64,000 bases of DNA, taken from the NCBI RefSeq assembly GCF_009914755.1, contig NC_060938.1; one strand, given 5' to 3'. Both the position numbers and the translations under genes were made by a program. Positions 13,378-28,834 of this stretch are shown here, one piece after another. The notes under the pieces are model-generated. The model had not been told where the DNA came from. It ran no database searches and saw only the letters and a program-made list of their open reading frames with translations. Source of the DNA: the human T2T-CHM13v2.0 reference genome, Homo sapiens. How positions within the stretch are numbered: position 1 is the stretch's first letter; every line of letters begins with the position of its first letter.

Positions 13378-15390
13378 CTGATTTACCTTAAATATTAGCT
13401 CTTGCTCCTGCTAATTAGAGACTATAAAGGCAGAAAAGAACTACAATAATGTTGGAAGATGCTTGCTTTCATGTTTTCAGAGATGAACATCCAATATGTT
13501 CTACTTAAAATATAAGATATTAGGAATCCAAGGTTTCCATTTCAAAAGCCAATTAGAAGTGGTAAGAGATTTTAATTTGGGAGGTAACACAAGGCTCATT
13601 CTAGGATTACCCTAATGAACATCTCGTTACTTTTGCTTTGAATGTGCTGTTGCAGAAAGAGCTTGGAGAAAGTGCTGGACAAGCTGTGAAGATAAAGTGT
13701 AAGTATAAAAATTTTCCATACATAACACACACACACACACACAATCTGAAGAATTGAATTTTCTGTCTGCTCGGAACAGTTACCTCTTTGTGCTACCCCT
13801 AAATTTGCTGAAATGTTTCCCTTAATGGTGGTGCATTTGAAAAGGAGATTTAAAAACATGTAATTTTTGTCTTCATGAACATGACAGAGCCAGTCATGTA
13901 CTGGAGGCCACAGGGAGAGTCCAGGGGCCTTTGTGGCTGGGATGAAATCCTGAAGGCCCCAATTCCTGCTGAGAATCCATCAGTGCCAAAGGCCCATGGA
14001 GAAGGCGAGGAGAGAAAAAGCATAGGGCAGCTGCTGCCATCCACATGTTCATTTTGCCTGGCAGAAGGGTTGACCAGAAAGCCTTTCCTCCAAATGGTAT
14101 AAAGCAAGTGAAAAGCAAGTTACAAATACATGCACTTTTGAAAATTACCATGTGGGCACAGAAAAGAAAAAGATTCTCCTTGTTCTTATTTTAAGAGAAA
14201 AATACTCTTCACATTTCCTTTCTGTGAGAAAGATAAATAAGAAACATTAAGTAGGGAAAATAGGTGGTGAGACAAAAATTATTATTTTTTCCTTAGCCAA
14301 TGACCTTTGAGAAATTGAAATTTCCTTTGAAGGAATTAAAAAGGAAAAATAAGTAAAAACTAAAGCAGCCTTCTGGCTTTCTTTGTTACCCTACACATTG
14401 AGCACAACTGACAGGGTGGCCGCTGCAGGACAATTCATAGGCCTTCATTGTTGAGTCGTGGTCTCAGGTGGTGCATTGGAGGTCGCCGAGGCCTTGGCCT
14501 GCAAATGGACTGAGAAGGTCATTGAACAGTGTGGCGCATTGCTAATTAGTGGCAAATTTGGCCAGTTTCTGCGTGTGAGGAAGCTTGAGCTGAATATGGC
14601 CCCATCTGCTCTGAAAATAATGATAACCAAATTTTAAGCAAAGGCTTTTCTTTCACAGGGAACTCCTATCTACAGTAATTTTTATTTTCGTCTTTGCATT
14701 TTTTTATTTTTTTATTTTTTGGTTTAATGCACAAAGACTGTTTTTTCAGGATGTTGTTGTCACGGGATGGGCTAACAGGCCCCCTAAATTTGAGGAGGTG
14801 TTCTTCATTTCTTTTGTTGCTTTCATTGAGCTTTCATTGTTGCTTTCATTGAGAATTATCTCCTTCAACTTCCGAACCCTGCAGAACACATTTTAGAAAA
14901 CTGGATTTAAACTTAGCTCTGCAAGGTAAAGTAGCTTCCCTTCATTCCATCTGCCTCTGTTCATTTTTCACTGCTGTGCAAAGGCCATGTCTCCAAAAGT
15001 TGATTTACTGGAGGCTGACTTTTCCTGGAAAAAAGTGTCAGAAGACTCTTCCCATTCCTATAATGGTTTCTGAACTGGGAAACTCATGTCTTCTTGTTTC
15101 TGTGTGTGCTTATTTATTTTTTAGTCAGGCAATAATAATTGCTCATTTTTTCCCTAATTTACTCATATTTACCTGGGGTTTAAAACCAGAAAAAAAAGTA
15201 AATAAAAAGAAAACAAGTACCAAGAAAAACACCAAAACAGAGTATGACTTTTCTCAGATCCCACATATGGATTCCAAAAATAAGTAAGTAAGCAAAGGTA
15301 CAGAACTTTTGCATTTTTCCTCCCTCTCCTAAAGGCCTGACCAGAGAAGGGTCCCCTACCTTTTTGTTGTCTCATCTAATCTTCATGCAT

Positions 15391-15690
15391 TTTCTTTTTT
15401 TGCTTTTTTGTTTTTTTGAGGTGAAGTCTTGCACTGTCACCCAGGCTGGAGTGCAGTGGTGCTTTCTCAGCTTGCTGCAACCTCCGCCTCCCAGGTTCAA
15501 GCAATTCTCCTTGCCTCAGCCTCCCAAGTAGCTGGGATTACAGGCGCCCGCCACCACGCCCAACTAATTGTTTTGTATTTTTAGTAGAGATGGGGGTTTC
15601 ACCATGTTGGCCAGGTTGGTCTTGAACTCCTGACCTCGTGATCCGCCTGCCTCAGCCTCCTGAAGTGTTGAGATTACAGGCGTGAGCCAC
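15391..15690 (-). mobile_element. AluS (Sg/Sc-like)
   Basis: Reverse-complement Alu with T-rich tail first. TGACCTCGTGATCC diagnostic. Confidence 0.92.
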
Positions 15691-16344
15691 CTTCTTCCTG
15701 CATTTCCTAGGAGCTTGCACAAATAACCCTCATTAGCTGAATGGTCCTAATAACTCCCCAAAACTAATTTTCAGCAACTTTAAAAAAATCCACTAAGAAT
15801 GGAAGTCTTGTACCACTTGCAGCAGATAACCATTTTTCTGTTAATTAAGTTGTTATAATCTTATTGCTATGAGAGGGACTTTGCCTGTATATCCATCTAC
15901 TCTATGGCCCAGAATAATGAAAATTCTGCAAGAACCTTTGCTGATGGGTGCACCTTTGAGTTTACAATGACAAATGATTTTAAAATGGACTCTATAGACC
16001 ACTAGTAATGAAACTGACCATATCCAATTTTGAAAGCCCTAAGACCTAGGAGAAACTGCAAATTAGTGGAAGGTAGTATGTTTCTGGTGATGTGAAGCCC
16101 AAGCTGATATTGGTCCAGTGAAGTGTTGCAGGATTTGATAGAGTAGGTTAATATTGTCCCACCAGGTTAAAGGTCGACCCAGACATGAAATGTGTAGGCA
16201 GCTTTAGGCCTAGTACATTTGCAATTTCTGAAGAACTGAATTAGTAACAGAAGAGTGGCTGGTATGATTATACTGGTACTCTACGGGCATGTGATACAAA
16301 TTAAAAGAAGAAGTAGCTTAGGCTATTATCTTTCTTATGTAGAA

Positions 16345-16612
16345 GTAGTAATGACGGTAGCAACAATAGGAGCTGATATTTATTGAATATCTACTGTGTT
16401 CTAGACATGAGGCTTAGCAATTAGTATTCATTACTCCACTTAGTTCTCACTGGAGCCCAAGTGGGAAACACTTATCGTCCCCCATTGTATAATTGAAGAA
16501 ACTAAAACACAGAGAGGCTAAATAACTTGCTTGGCTTAATCAGCGGTCAAGTAGTCGAGCTGAGACTTGAACCTCCATCTGATTCCAGAGGGAAATCACT
16601 TAGTCACTATCC
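16345..16612 (-). mobile_element. MIR SINE
   Basis: ATTTATTGAATATCTACTGTG...CCCATTGTATAATTGAAGAAACTAAAACACAGAGAGGCTAAATAACTTGC. Confidence 0.8.
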
Positions 16613-18955
16613 TCCATTACCTTTCTGCTACATTACTCTGCCGCTATAGTTTATAGAATTATGTGACTGGGCAGGGGTTGCCAGGATGGTGCCTACAGCC
16701 AAGACTTTCATCATCTGAAAGTCTTTTGAATAACATTTCCAGTTTCTTGTGAAACCTTCTCTTTGTTTAACAATCAACTTAAATTCCTCATACTTCCCTT
16801 TCAAACTCTTAGCTGTCACTTCCTCTTGTGCAATTACAAGATCAATCATATGATCATCCTTTTTCTTCAAAGAAAATGGAAGCAAAGATAAGTGTTATGG
16901 TCTCTATACCTCCTTAGTTAACATCTCCAGGCCCCAAACTCTCAGAGAGTCCCTGCACATTGTAATATTTGGGCACTGTCCTTGCTGAGGTAGGTAACCT
17001 TGGGTATCTAAATCCTGGACCCATAAACGTAAGGTGCAAATGCTAAGGTGCAAAGCACTGAGAGGTAATGTGATGTATAAGTCCTGTTTTACTGTTCTCA
17101 TGTAAATCAATTTCTCCTTCAAACATTGCAACACAGCATTTGAAATTCAGCTGAAGAAAGATTCATTCAAGTGTTTTCTTAAGTGCACGTTTCTAAGTTG
17201 TTTTGGTGTAAGGGGAAAACGCCATTTTAAAGACTTACTTTTATGAGACCTAAAACTTTTTATGTTCTCCTGTTTTTTTTTTTTCTCTTCCCTCTCTCCT
17301 CATCCTATTTAGCCTTTCTCAATGGCTTTATTTTCAGCAATACCACTTTTACATTGAACGTATGCTTTACAGTAACAAAAGGTAAAGAGTAGTCTGTGTA
17401 CTGGATTGATTTTCAATTTCTTTTCAAGAAAGGCTTTTTTAGCTCAAAAGAAGGGCAATCAGAAATAGAGCATTTTCCCTCTTTCTTTCACAATACTCAG
17501 TGCTTGGTTGTGGTTCCCTAATTTTTTCTTCTTCGAATCTTGGTACACATTTCGAACTACCCTCACCTGTACTATCTCTCAGGCTTCGCAGTCTCAGTCT
17601 TGGCCAATCTCCAAGTAGATTCTCTTTATGTGATATAATTTTAAAAAACAGAAGCAGTTTGTCATCTCAAACACTAGAAGAATGTGCCATGTCACTCTGC
17701 TGTAACTCCCTCTCTTCTGTCTTTCTCTCCCACTCCATTAAGTTTCAAGGGAGCAAAAGTACCCAGGAAGTTTTCGCTATAAATGAAGCTCCCTCGAGCT
17801 GGACGATAATAAAATGGAACAGATAAATGACCTCCTTTGTCTTTCCATGACTGCTTTATCAGTTTAAGGAGCCAAATGATGTGGCAGATTTGCATTTCTA
17901 TCTCATGGAAGCTGGCATATTTTTTTTTTGTAGCCACGTCATAGTTCATCTAAATTTGAATACGTGAGACACAAGAATCCAGAGTTAGATGCTTTAACTT
18001 ATTTCTATAGCAACTGGAGTACAGTGCTCTATAGAGGGGAGCCACTCAATACGTATGTGCCAACTTCAGCACCTCTCAGCCTTACAAAGATACTGGAACG
18101 CTTGAGCAATTCCCAAGACAGGAAGCAAAAAAGTGATAGGTTGTTGCTGATAGCTTAGCTGCCTGGAGCCTCAGTAAATTATTAATATGAGGGGATCAGC
18201 TGATCAGCTTCTGATTTCTATGGAAAAATGCAAGGGGGGACTCCCCCCAATGAATCTACCAGAAAGAAAATGTTTCTGGAACATATTGAAATATATAACC
18301 AGAAGGATAATTGCTATTGAAAATTAGAGGACGGGGAGCTGTGACCAAAATTTGGTGATATCATTTAATTAAAAATATTAGTAAGCACAGATGATGATGA
18401 TGGAATTAGTGCTGCCAAAGTGTTTGTTCACAAATTAGAGAAGGGCTGGGACGTGGTATGAGTTGAGCCCTCACAAAGGGGCATGAAAAAGAAGTAGAAA
18501 AACTGTAAATATTTACTTTTTCATATTTGATATTACTTCATGCAGCCTTGCCTCCTTCCCCCTTCTCTCTGAAGTCAGCAAAGGTGGAAAAGCTGAGACT
18601 TTAGGGCCTTCAGCTCTGGAAACAAAGTAACAGAGTAAGGGAAGGAGGAGGAATGAGAAAAAAGTTCTTTACCAGTTAAATATGCATTTGGGACTATAGG
18701 ATCCTCTTTAAAAATAAAAGCAACAACAGTAATTCCTTAGAGAAACTGGCAGAAGAGAAAGGCAGAGAACTGTTTTGAGTCTTAGCTCTGTGTCAGGGGG
18801 AAGTGACTGAACCTTTCTGAACTTCAGGCTCTCCATTGGTCAAGATGAGATCAGGAATCTACTTCTGCCCTTCTTAGAAAGTGGCATTGAAATAATGTAT
18901 GGGAAAGTCCATTTTGGAGTGAGGGGCTGGGGTTGTGGTGGTTGGGATTTCTGAG

Positions 18956-19370
18956 TGTATTTATGTCCTGTGGCTGCCCTGACAAATTATCACAAACTGG
19001 GTGGTTTTGAACAACAGAAATGTATTCTCTCACAATTCTAGAGGCCAGATGTCCATAATCAAGATGTTGGCGGGGCCATGCTCTCTCCAAAGTCTCTAGA
19101 GGAGAGTCCTTCCTTGCCTCTTCCAGCCTCTGGTGGCTCCAGCATTTCCTTAGCTTGTGGCTGCATCACTCCAATCCCTGTCTTCTCCTCTTCTTATAAG
19201 GACACTTGTCATTTGATTTAGGGCTCACCCAACTAATCCAGAATGATCTCAAGATCCTTCACTTAATTATATCTGCAGAAATTCTTTTTCCAAATAAGAT
19301 CACATGCATAGGTACTGAGGGCTAGAACTTTAACACATTTTGTGAGGGGGGGCACAACCAACCCACTGCA
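18956..19370 (-). mobile_element. MLT1B/C-type MaLR solo LTR
   Basis: TG...CA termini. AACAACAGAAATGTATTCTCTCACAATTCTAGAGGCCAG, CTTATAAGGACAC, TTTCCAAATAAGATCACA motifs. Confidence 0.85.
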
Positions 19371-20154
19371 CTGGATTTCTAAGCCTCAAGACATATGGAT
19401 CATCATAGCTTACTATGAATTAGTCTAACCTAATAACAGATTTGTACAAAGCATAGCAAGGGTGATGCTCTGCTAACTAAAGGAGAGCTGTCTTGGAGCT
19501 TAGGATATTTGGAGGAGGGGAGATGAAAGTGGAGTACCCCTGGTGATACATTCAGGATCCTGAGAGAAGTTGGGACCACTGTCCTGGCACTGAAAGAGAG
19601 GTTGGGCAGGGGGAATGAAAAGTTAAAAACAAACTTCACCTTCCTTACCTTCATTCCCAAGGATCTGATAATTGCTCCTGTCATGGCAACAGAAAGTCAC
19701 TTGAGTGCCTCTTTGTCACACTTCTGCCACCTGTACCATAAGGTTGATCTGTTACTTAAATGTAAAATGAGAGACACTGGTCTCCCTGAAGAACAAGCGT
19801 ACATTTGAATCAGGTAGCCAACCCCTGTGGCAGGTGGGACTGCATCTTCACATAATTTATATATTGTCAGGGGAGTTCCTCACTGTGATGAACAGAAAGC
19901 AAGGGTGTGTCTGGTTCTTGAGCCTGTAGTAGGATGCTCTCTAATAGACCACCCGTTCTCATGCCATAATCCTGTTAGGAGCTGCAATGAACACAAAGCA
20001 CTATTGAACCAGGAATGCACGATCCCATTAGGAGCCTGCCCCCTGCAAAGTTCGTCAGCAGAGCCTTAGGTGCCCTCTGGAGTTGTTTTTATTGGCTTTG
20101 ACACCTCTGCCTATTTCTAACACTCCTAGAATAACTTTGAAGTCCAAAGGGCAT

Positions 20155-20465
20155 TTGATTGATTGATTGATTGAGAGACAGGGTCTCACTCTGTCACCCA
20201 GGCTGGAGTGCAGTGGCACAATCTTGGCTCACTGCAGCCTCAGCAGCCTGGGCTCAAGCAGATCCTGATCTTCCCACCTCAGCTTCCTGAGTAGCTGGGG
20301 TTACAGGCATGTACCACCATGACCGGCTAATTTTTATTATTTTTTTGTAGAGATGGGGTTTCACCATATTGCTCAGGCTGGTCTTGAACTCCTAGCCTCA
20401 AGTGATCTGTCTGCCTTGGCCTCCCAAAATGCTGGGATTACAGGAGTGAATCACTGTGCCTGGCC
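20155..20465 (-). mobile_element. AluJ with (TTGA)n tail
   Basis: GAGACAGGGTCTCACTCTG, CTGCAGCCTC, GGGCTCAAGC AluJ diagnostics. Confidence 0.9.
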
Positions 20466-20534
20466 CCAGAGGTCATTTTAGAAAGCGGGGCCTGGACTCT
20501 AAAGCTCTTGCCTGTTCTAAGATCTATGCTATAC

Positions 20535-20785
20535 ATTCATTTATTCTAAAGAATAGCTAATGGGTAGTGAACATTCTAAGCACTGTTCTAGGTGCTGAGG
20601 AGGCATTATTTCTTTAATTCTCACAAGAATCTTGCAAGTTAGGGAGATCATTGCCTCCTCTGTTCAGGTTAAGAAATGATGATCAGAGAATTTAGGCAAT
20701 TTGCCCAAAGGCATATTGCTGGTACGTAGAGAATCCAAGAATTAAATAAATCCAGGTGTCTAACTGCAAAGCCCGTGCTGTAGAA
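20535..20785 (-). mobile_element. MIR SINE (possibly with adjoining L2 end)
   Basis: TTTAATTCTCACAAGAATC...AATTTGCCCAAAGGCA core. Confidence 0.6.
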
Positions 20786-21084
20786 CGCCTGGAGGGTGAC
20801 AGGGGTAAGCTGTTTGCACAGGAGAGAGAAGTGGAGAGGGAACCTGGTAAAAAGAAGTCTTTTTCTAAGAAAGAAGGGCTCAAAAACCTAAAAACTGAGA
20901 CCAGGGAATTTTCAGACCATGTGACAGGGACAATCTGTCACTGCTTAGCACCGTTGCTCCCGTGTCCTCTCAAACACTGATCAGACAGAATAGATCTGCC
21001 CGTGAGAAGGTAGTGAAAGCTGACATATGGAAATGTTTCAGGTCAGCTTTTACTAGAACTTCTGGTTTGAAATCAGGATCGCTT

Positions 21085-21088
<4 letters not shown>

Positions 21089-21123
<35 letters not shown>
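21089..21123. repeat. (CA)n microsatellite
   Basis: Direct reading. Confidence 0.95.
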
Positions 21124-21125
<2 letters not shown>

Positions 21126-21804
21126 CAGATGGTTGTTTTCAGGAAATCTTCCCTTATGAAATGGAATTCCGTGTTCTTAATTAACACAGAGCAAACCCTG
21201 TTTTGGGTGTCTTGCATACCTAGCCACAATTTTTCCCTTTTTATAAACATAAGATGGGTCTCTCCACAGTGATACTGTGATGAGAGTGGCCGAGCTTACT
21301 AAGAGGGATTTGAATACATATAGAAATACAAATCAGTAGAGACCCTTTTACCACTTTAATAAACTGCTATGAATAATTCTGAATCTGAGACCACTAGCTA
21401 TTTAACATGCCCAGCGATAATGGAATATGGCTCTCTGAACACTTCTAAATGATTTCTATTTCAGAGTTGGGAAACACCAGAGAGACTTTTGTTGCTCCAG
21501 TTACAAAAAAAAAAAATTTCTTCTTGGGAACTCCAATTCTAGAAAAGTAATGGATAACTGTATACATGTTGGAAGAGGAGAACCATGCAAGCCTTTTTGA
21601 CACGTAATATATAAACACCAGTTCTGGGCCCTGCCCATCAACTCATATAAGAAAAATATAATTTAAAATGCCTACTTTTCAAGTTATTCCCATGAATAAT
21701 TATGAAGGGGGCCATATTTCTTGTTCATCAAAAAATAATTTTTTTCACATGTTAACTCCAGGAAAGTTCAAATAATGTACCTTTCTGCTTGAAAGAAAGT
21801 GTTC

Positions 21805-22340
21805 CAGATACTACTGCCAACAACAAACTCTCCCAAGATATAGCAGCTTAAAACAACCACCATTTTAATAAGCTCATAGATTCTGTGGGTCAGGAATTTG
21901 GATAGGGCACAAAAAGGATGTGTTCATTCTGCTCTGGGACATCTGAGTTCTCAGATGGAAAGGCTTAAAAGCTGAGAGTGACTCAGCGGCTGGGGGCTGG
22001 AATCCTCATACCTGGAGGCTGCTTCACTCTCATACCTGGGATAAAAAGGTGGCTTGTAGAGTAGGGCTGCTGACCAGAGCACCTCCATGTGGCCTCCCCA
22101 TGTGGCTCAGCCTCCTCACAAGCATGGTGGCCTCAGGGCTCCAAATGCATGTGTTCTGGTAGACCAGATAGAAGCTGAATGTTGTGTTGTAACTCATAGA
22201 GTTACTTCCACCATGCTGTATTGAACAAAGGTGTGAAAAGCCCACGCAGATTCAAGGTGAGGGGACACCACCTGTTGATGGAGAAGCGGCAGGTCACACT
22301 GTAAAAGATAAACGTGAGATGGGAGTTATTGCTTCAGGTG
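21805..22340 (-). mobile_element. MLT1G/H-type MaLR LTR
   Basis: GCTTAAAACAACCAC...TTCTGTGGGTCAGGAATTTGG...ACCTCCATGTGGCCTCCCCATGTGGCT...CAGATTCAAGG motifs. Confidence 0.75.
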
Positions 22341-22374
22341 ACACATATATATTTTACCCAGGATGCAGGTAACA

Positions 22375-22915
22375 ACAATGGTAATAATGATAGTAACTAA
22401 ATCTTACAGTGCTCACTATGTGCTGGACACTGTTCCACACCATTCACCTATATTCATTCAATTCAGCCTCGGTGGAAACTGGGATACAAACAGGCTAAGT
22501 AACTAGCCCAGTTATACAGCTAGAGAGCAGTGAAACCAGGCTTCAAGCTCAGGCAATTCAGTTCCATTTGCTGTATGCTTTAACTCCTCCATAGTGCCTC
22601 TCCAGTCCAATGAAGATACCTTAAGTATAAGGAAACACAAACTATAAAGTGACATTTACTTCTAGGCTATACTAGGGAAAGGGGACAGATCTTTATTGAT
22701 TATCCACCACATGTCAGGTATTATGCATCACACATTACCTTTCTTAATTCTCCCCGTAACCCTGTGAGGTAGGTATTATTACTGTCATTTTACAGAAGAC
22801 AGACTTGAGGCTCAGAGATGTTAAGTAACTTGAGCAAAGAACAGAGCTGTCAAATGTTGGCCCTGAGATCTAAAGTCAGATCCATCTGACTTCAATCTAC
22901 CTGCTCTTTCCCCTT
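22375..22915 (-). mobile_element. Two MIR SINEs (~22375-22600, ~22690-22915)
   Basis: AACCCTGTGAGGTAGGTATTATT...CATTTTACAG...GAGGCTCAGAGATGTTAAGTAACTTG. Confidence 0.75.
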
Positions 22916-25900
22916 TCCATAGCTACAGTCTGCCTCCTCTTGAGGGTTTTTGTGTCAGGGTCCACTTGAATCCTAGCTCACATTAATTCACTATGGAATC
23001 TTTCGAGTCTTGATAACATGGCATTTTAGGAATGTGGCTGGATGATTCGGAGCAGCTGAAATCCCTTGTTTGATTATGGAGCTTTGGGGACTAATAGTGC
23101 AACATTTGTGTTTGTCTTCGTAAATTCCTGCTGGGCGTGAACTGTGACTTTTATCTTAGGTAATAAGCCTGAATTCTGGAAGGACTGTCTTTTTTCTCTT
23201 TCTAAGACTATGACTTACTGAATACCTGACATTTCCAAGAATGTATCCTTTGCCCTATCAGACCATTAAGTAAGCAGTAACTGCTCTGAAAAGGTCTGTG
23301 CTTTGCTTTGTCTTCAGCTATAATTTGATAGACACTCAACCATAACATTATGATTATGAAGCACTTAGGCAGGACTGTGCATCTGCAAGATGCTGTCTAA
23401 ATATTTTCTGATCTCGTGCTTCTTCCTGTAAGTCTCTAATCCCAGCTGTGCTGGGTCCTTAACTGATTCTGAGAAAGTTCCTTGATCTATCATGGAAGAA
23501 AGAGACAATTTGATTTGGGAATCCAGGGATATTTGTACACTCTTTTTATTCCGTTAATGTGACTGACAGCTTCAGCTCTTGCGCCAGAGAGCTCTCTTTC
23601 AACTTGCTTCCTGGGCTGACAACTGATGTTTTAACTTGCTCATGACCTGTGGACTCAGAGGGTTATACTGCTTGTCCTTTTCTTCAACGACAAAAATGGC
23701 ACCAAATCTATCATTGCTTCAAGTCTGACACTGTGCTTTCCAAGGCTAAGATTCAGTGGACTTCCCTAGACTTTGTCCAGAGAGAAAGTTGAGGGTTTTC
23801 AGTTATTTTTACTCTTAGGAAGCTATAATGACATTATTTGGAATCACATCTGTTCCTAATGGGATAGAATTTAATGACGGGAGATCAGGTAGAGTCACAA
23901 AGGTTTTAGATAGGTACAGAATTCACCAATGCAATATTCAGGCATCAATACACATAGGAAGCTAGTGAGTGAATGATATCTCTTATCAGGATTCAAAAGC
24001 CATTTGGATGTGTTTATCTTAGTTCACTTTCTAACACAAAAACTCCTTGACAAGGTGCCAAGCCCTTTTCATCTTAGTGTAGGCTCACTGCCTAGCACAT
24101 GGTAAGATTTTAGTAAATCTTTGTCGACTTGTTCAGAATTGTCTCAGAAACTTGCTTACAGGAATTTGTTTAAACTTGGAATCCATGTCAGAGAAATTTA
24201 AGGAAGAAAGGGCTGAATTTTTTATGTGTGGCTCAAACCCTTCAACTCTCCGGCCCAGTGCTTTCCTTTTGAAATCATCCTTAGCATTCAGTGGGCTGGA
24301 GTGTATTACCTAGTAGCTGTGATTTACTCATTGTCCTACTGGGAACCTTACTTAGAACTTACCTAATCTCCTTGAGGGCTGCAGAACTGCTCACGCAGTG
24401 CCTAGCACATGCAGTGGACGCTTACTATAATTTGCTGAGTGACTGCAGTTACTGAACCATCCATCTTACGAGGAAAAGCTTTTCTATTAAGTTCCATCTT
24501 GGTCACAGAAGTTACTCATCAAATCCCATTCTGGATGAAACTGCTGTTCTTTGCAAATACTTAAGATATGCATGCTTTGGTGCTTGCCTTCAATTTCCTT
24601 CAGAGAGCACCAGAGTGGGTGGAGGCCATTCCTTTCTATTTTTTGAGGCATTACTAAATGCAGTATTCATCCAGATTAAAAATATGCACATAAAAACAGA
24701 ATTATCTTAATCTCATTATAAGAAAAACAAACACACAAGCTAGTTGAAGTAAAGATAAATGTATTGTAACTGTCAAAAAATCCTATGAATCTAATGATAC
24801 AGCTGGGGACAGGTGGGAACTTAAATTTCTTCAGGCGGATAATTCCTCTTGGTCTTTCTCAGTTTATTGTCTTCACTTCTCTCTGCAGGTCAGCTCCATC
24901 TTCCCTATGGAAACAAACTTCTATAGGTCTTTTAGGATCTGCTTCCCTGTAGCTTCAGCTGCATTTAACTTTGGGATGCTATAAAGCCAATCCTAATATT
25001 AATTCTATTCGACCTTATGGCTCTTAAGCCTAAAATGTCAATTTACCCAATCTCTATGTTTCAATTTCTGAAATTTCTGAAAGAGGATTTGAATGGTCCT
25101 GACTGGATCATTTGCCCACTCTTGGTCCATTTACCAAGGGCATGAGTCATATTCCTTCAGAGTCCTTAGCAGGAAAAGTTCTCTAAGAAGAGAGTTTGGA
25201 CAAGGGAAGATGATGGACATATCTAGAACAAGAATCTTCCAAAATTATCAAGGAAATCTGACTTTGGAGGGAGATATTTCTGATTAGATTACTTGTCATG
25301 AGAATATTGAAAATAAAAATGATAAAAATTAGCCTCACAGACTTTGTACCTAATACTTTACTTTTTATTGCTAAAATACATCTTTATCTCCAAATCTGCT
25401 ATTTCCTTTCCAAAAATTATCTTTAGAGGATAATTTTGTAAACGTTGACCTTGTAGGTTCTATGTGAGAAGCCAAACAACAAGGGTAAATCCTTTGAACA
25501 TTTCTTGTTGCTTCTGGTAGTTTCATTTGTAATGACTATCTGGCCTAAATTAAAGTGAGGTGCGGGCAAGTGGAAATCAAACTCCAGGGAAAAGATTGGA
25601 AAAGCTGGGGATACTTTTGAAGTTTGTGAAGATGAAAGAGATTGTAAGTAGTCTCAAACCTTTCTTTGATAATTTACTCATTTAAAATCTGCTTTCTTCA
25701 AAGGCAATACATAAATTTATTGAAGAATTAACTTTGGAAAATATGGGTAGGCTTACATCTTAAAGATTATGATATTGATTGATTGCCTAGAAATGACTAT
25801 ATTTGATTATTTAAAAATTTTTAAATGGTCCCATTGTAATTTAATGTAATTATGTAAAATAGACAATGTTAATACCCTAGTAACAGGGTATTAACAGGCT

Positions 25901-26045
25901 CAAGTTCTCAGTTCTGCCCCAAATATCCCACCTACACTAGACATGTTTACAGTGCCTGCTAGCCCAGAGCAGCTTCTAGTGAAGCAATTTCCACTTGAGA
26001 GAAGAGAGAGAGACAGAGACAGAGAGTGCACACAACAGTGCATCA

Positions 26046-26764
<719 letters not shown>

Positions 26765-27006
26765 TGATTGAACCAGGAGGGACAACCCAGCTCAAGGCTA
26801 GCCTATAACCTCTGACTTGATGTTCCAAAAAAACGTGTTGAGCCAATCAGATTCCTTCTCTCAGGAATGTGAACTTAGAAATGTCAAGAGAAGGAATTCA
26901 GAGAGCATTATTAGGAGCAGAAGCGGAACCGTTTGTTACAACATAGAGGAATTTAATTTCCAGTGTGCTCTGCAAATATGAGCCAATAAAGCAAGTCTGA
27001 CTATAG

Positions 27007-27401
<395 letters not shown>

Positions 27402-28274
27402 TCTTTTTGATCCAGGTGGAGACTTACAGCAAAATCTCCCTTTTCTTGAAGTATCACGAGTGACTCTCTGTTTATTGTGATTCAAAAGACGTCACACCAC
27501 AACATCATCTTATCTAGAGTTCATGTAAAAAGGCTAAGGACTGCCAACTTACATTAGGCAATGGAACTTGATAATTTGATATTCAGGTTACTGACATTGA
27601 TCCTTTTGATAATGAAATTTGAGCAGATTTGGAGTTAGCAGTGTTGTAAAGCATTATGTGCATGTTGGCCTGCTTTCGTGGAGCCAGAAGTTTGTATCTC
27701 TCCCTCAACCATGCTGATGTAGGCACTCTCGGCAGCTGGCTATGGACTCAGCTACAGAGGACACACTCACCAGCAGACAACAGACAAACCTGTGTTGCTC
27801 AGAGGTGACTGGACCATTCCAGTCTAGGGTCTCTTAAGAACAGATAGGATGATGATTAGGATGCCTTCCCAGTTCCTGAACAAGCAGCATGGTTCTTTGG
27901 CAAGGCCATAAACTCTTGCTTAGTGTACAGAGTCAGAAGAGCCCTGAAGTTAAAGAAGGTTTTTAGTCACCCTATGCATAATAGAATTACTCTATAGCTA
28001 GGCCAGAAGTGATCTGGTGGGGGAGTTGGATCTGCCAGTCGCTTTTGACAGTGAGGACACAGAATGCCTTTTCCACTGAGAGTGAGTGAGTGTGAGTGTG
28101 AGAGTGTGTGTGTGTGTGTGCACGTGCGCACACACATGCACATGGTGCTGAGGCAGCAGAGCAGTGAGCAGAGATTGAGCCTTTAAACACTGGCCCCCAC
28201 CCAGAGAGAAACAGCTCTCTTGTTTGCTCAGCGAGCGCTTTGGGTACATCAACTGGCCTCAAGGGCTTGAAGTT

Positions 28275-28582
<308 letters not shown>

Positions 28583-28834
28583 GGAGCCTGGAGCTCTTAC
28601 TGGAGGGTTGACTGGCACAGTCTGTGATTCCTCTGTTTATAATACCTTGTGAATAGGTATCTCTGGCCCTGTGCTTTTAGTTACTTTGGGACAGAAAGGT
28701 ACATCTAGTTAGCTAAATGGTCCTCGATGCTAGAAGTGCATGTGTGACACAAACTGATGTGCATGATAGGCATATAAAAGGACATTAAGATAATATCACC
28801 AATAGGTGTAAAGTAAAATTTTAAGAAGTAGTTA

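Noticed and set aside
16628-16885. Protein-like minus-strand ORF (possible pseudogene fragment)
   Set aside because: No family recognised, no poly-A or TSD. A tBLASTn/BLASTx search would be needed.
25875-25892. Resemblance of TAACAGGGTATT to the I-SceI site, suggesting engineered sequence
   Set aside because: Only a partial match, explained by the local palindrome. No vector sequence nearby.
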